Source: Acidobacteriota bacterium
GTDB taxonomy: Bacteria > Acidobacteriota > CAIWXX01
Direction: 5' to 3'
Assembly (NCBI GenBank): GCA_040755995.1
Contig: JBFMAF010000028.1
Span: 32,001-96,000 of the forward strand
Length of the DNA: 64,000 nucleotides
Shown piece by piece: positions 62,937-64,000 of this stretch. The first letter of the stretch is position 1, and the number at the start of each line of letters is the position of its first letter. The position numbers and the translations under genes are program-made. Under the pieces are notes generated by a model. The model was not told the origin of the DNA. It made no database searches and saw only the letters and a program-made list of their open reading frames with translations.

Positions 62937-64000
62937 ATGAAGAGAAAAGTTGCTGATCTGCTGCTGACGTATCTGGCCGAGGAAGGTGTGGAGCACATGT
63001 TCGGCGTGCCGGGCCTTCCGCTTATGCCGCTTTTCGAAGCGTGCAAGCGGGATGCGCGCATAAAGCTCATCATCTCGAAGCATGAAGAAGGAGCCGCGTT
63101 CATGGCGGACGGCTACGCCCGGATCAAGGGCTGCCCGGGAGTCTGTTTCTCGACTTCGGGTCCGGGCGCTACCAACCTGGTGACTGGCGTGGCCAGCGCC
63201 CACTGCAACAACACGCCCCTGCTGGTCCTCACGGGCCAGGTTCACACGGCGACCTACGGCAAGGGGACCTTTCAGGATTCGACCAAGAAAGGCATCGACT
63301 CTGTCGCAATGTTCGACGCGATGACGAGGCAGAGCTCGATGGTGATATCGCGGTACCGCGCGGAGGAAGAGATCCGCGAGGCACTGCGCGTGGCGCTGAG
63401 CGGCAAGCAGGGTCCGGTACACCTCAGCATTCCGCGCGACATACTGGCATCGGAGGTCGAGGAGGAGTTCCGCACCCATGGCACGTATCGGCCGCCCATG
63501 CGGTTTTTCGATCGGGAGCTCGTCATCCAGGCAGCCGAGCGGCTCATGGAGGCCGCCAACCCGGTGATACTCATCGGAAGCGGCGCGGTGCGGTCGGGTG
63601 CGTGCGAAGACGTGAGGGCGCTGGCCGAGATGCTGCACATCCCGGTGGCTTCCACTCCGAAGGCGAAGGGCGCTTTTCCCGAGGACCACCCGCTCGCGCT
63701 CGGCGTCCTCGGCCTGAACGGATCTCCTCTGGCCAACCATTACGTGAGATCGGGCACGATCGATGTGCTGCTGGCGGTCGGTGCGAGCCTGAACCAGATC
63801 ACAACGTCCTCGTGGGACCCGCGGATCGCGCCGACGAAGGCCCTCATCCAGAACGATATCGATCCGGCGGAGGTGGGCAAGAACTACAAGGTCGACATAC
63901 CGCTGGTCGGGGACGCTTGCACGGTGATCAACGAGCTCTCGTTCCGCGTGTTGCGGTATCTGGGCGAGGCGGCCGATCGTATTCGGACGCGTGAGGACGA
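62937..64000 (+). CDS. Thiamine pyrophosphate-binding protein, acetolactate synthase large subunit-like (partial; absent from the ORF track because it runs off the window)
   Basis: MKRKVADLLLTYLAEEGVEHMFGVPG...KHEEGAAFMADGYAR...TSGPGATNLVTG...LTGQV; RBS AAGGAGG. Confidence 0.9.
   Translation, partial: MKRKVADLLLTYLAEEGVEHMFGVPGLPLMPLFEACKRDARIKLIISKHEEGAAFMADGYARIKGCPGVCFSTSGPGATNLVTGVASAHCNNTPLLVLTGQVHTATYGKGTFQDSTKKGIDSVAMFDAMTRQSSMVISRYRAEEEIREALRVALSGKQGPVHLSIPRDILASEVEEEFRTHGTYRPPMRFFDRELVIQAAERLMEAANPVILIGSGAVRSGACEDVRALAEMLHIPVASTPKAKGAFPEDHPLALGVLGLNGSPLANHYVRSGTIDVLLAVGASLNQITTSSWDPRIAPTKALIQNDIDPAEVGKNYKVDIPLVGDACTVINELSFRVLRYLGEAADRIRTRED

Noticed and set aside
62877..63740. 287-aa minus-strand ORF
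   Set aside because: Antisense to the clear plus-strand TPP enzyme starting at 62937.

Overview
GC-rich bacterial chromosomal window. The gene repertoire (Oar-type TonB receptor, ECF sigma factor-Ser/Thr kinase pair) suggests an anaerobic Acidobacteriota-like organism; this is inference only. Most of the window is core or metabolic: PFOR plus a DHODH-like gene, cysteine synthase, threonine aldolase, nuoF-nuoG, dnaK-dnaJ-hspR with a HAIR operator, a sigma-70 factor, DnaC-like and MoxR ATPases, fadH, crt/hbd, a divergent LeuCD-like pair, glnA and a partial TPP enzyme. Accessory material: (i) a 3'-truncated group II intron (12.6-13.4 kb); (ii) an integrase-less integron cassette cluster (15.3-17.5 kb) of toxin-antitoxin cassettes and remnants, next to a broken lgt start; (iii) a SWIM-SNF2-HEPN-like / SNF2 / SWIM three-gene locus (20.5-27.3 kb); (iv) a dense 27.4-29.5 kb island. 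That island holds an aspartic protease, mazEF, three copies of a 'promoter - conserved bulged RNA hairpin - miniature NYN ORF' unit, and an orphan degenerate type I-C-like repeat-spacer-repeat. The hairpin/mini-NYN units, the orphan mini-CRISPR and the dual-SNF2 locus are the best candidates for undescribed biology. Several genes show internal-deletion scars. All family calls come from motif recognition by eye; no database searches were run.
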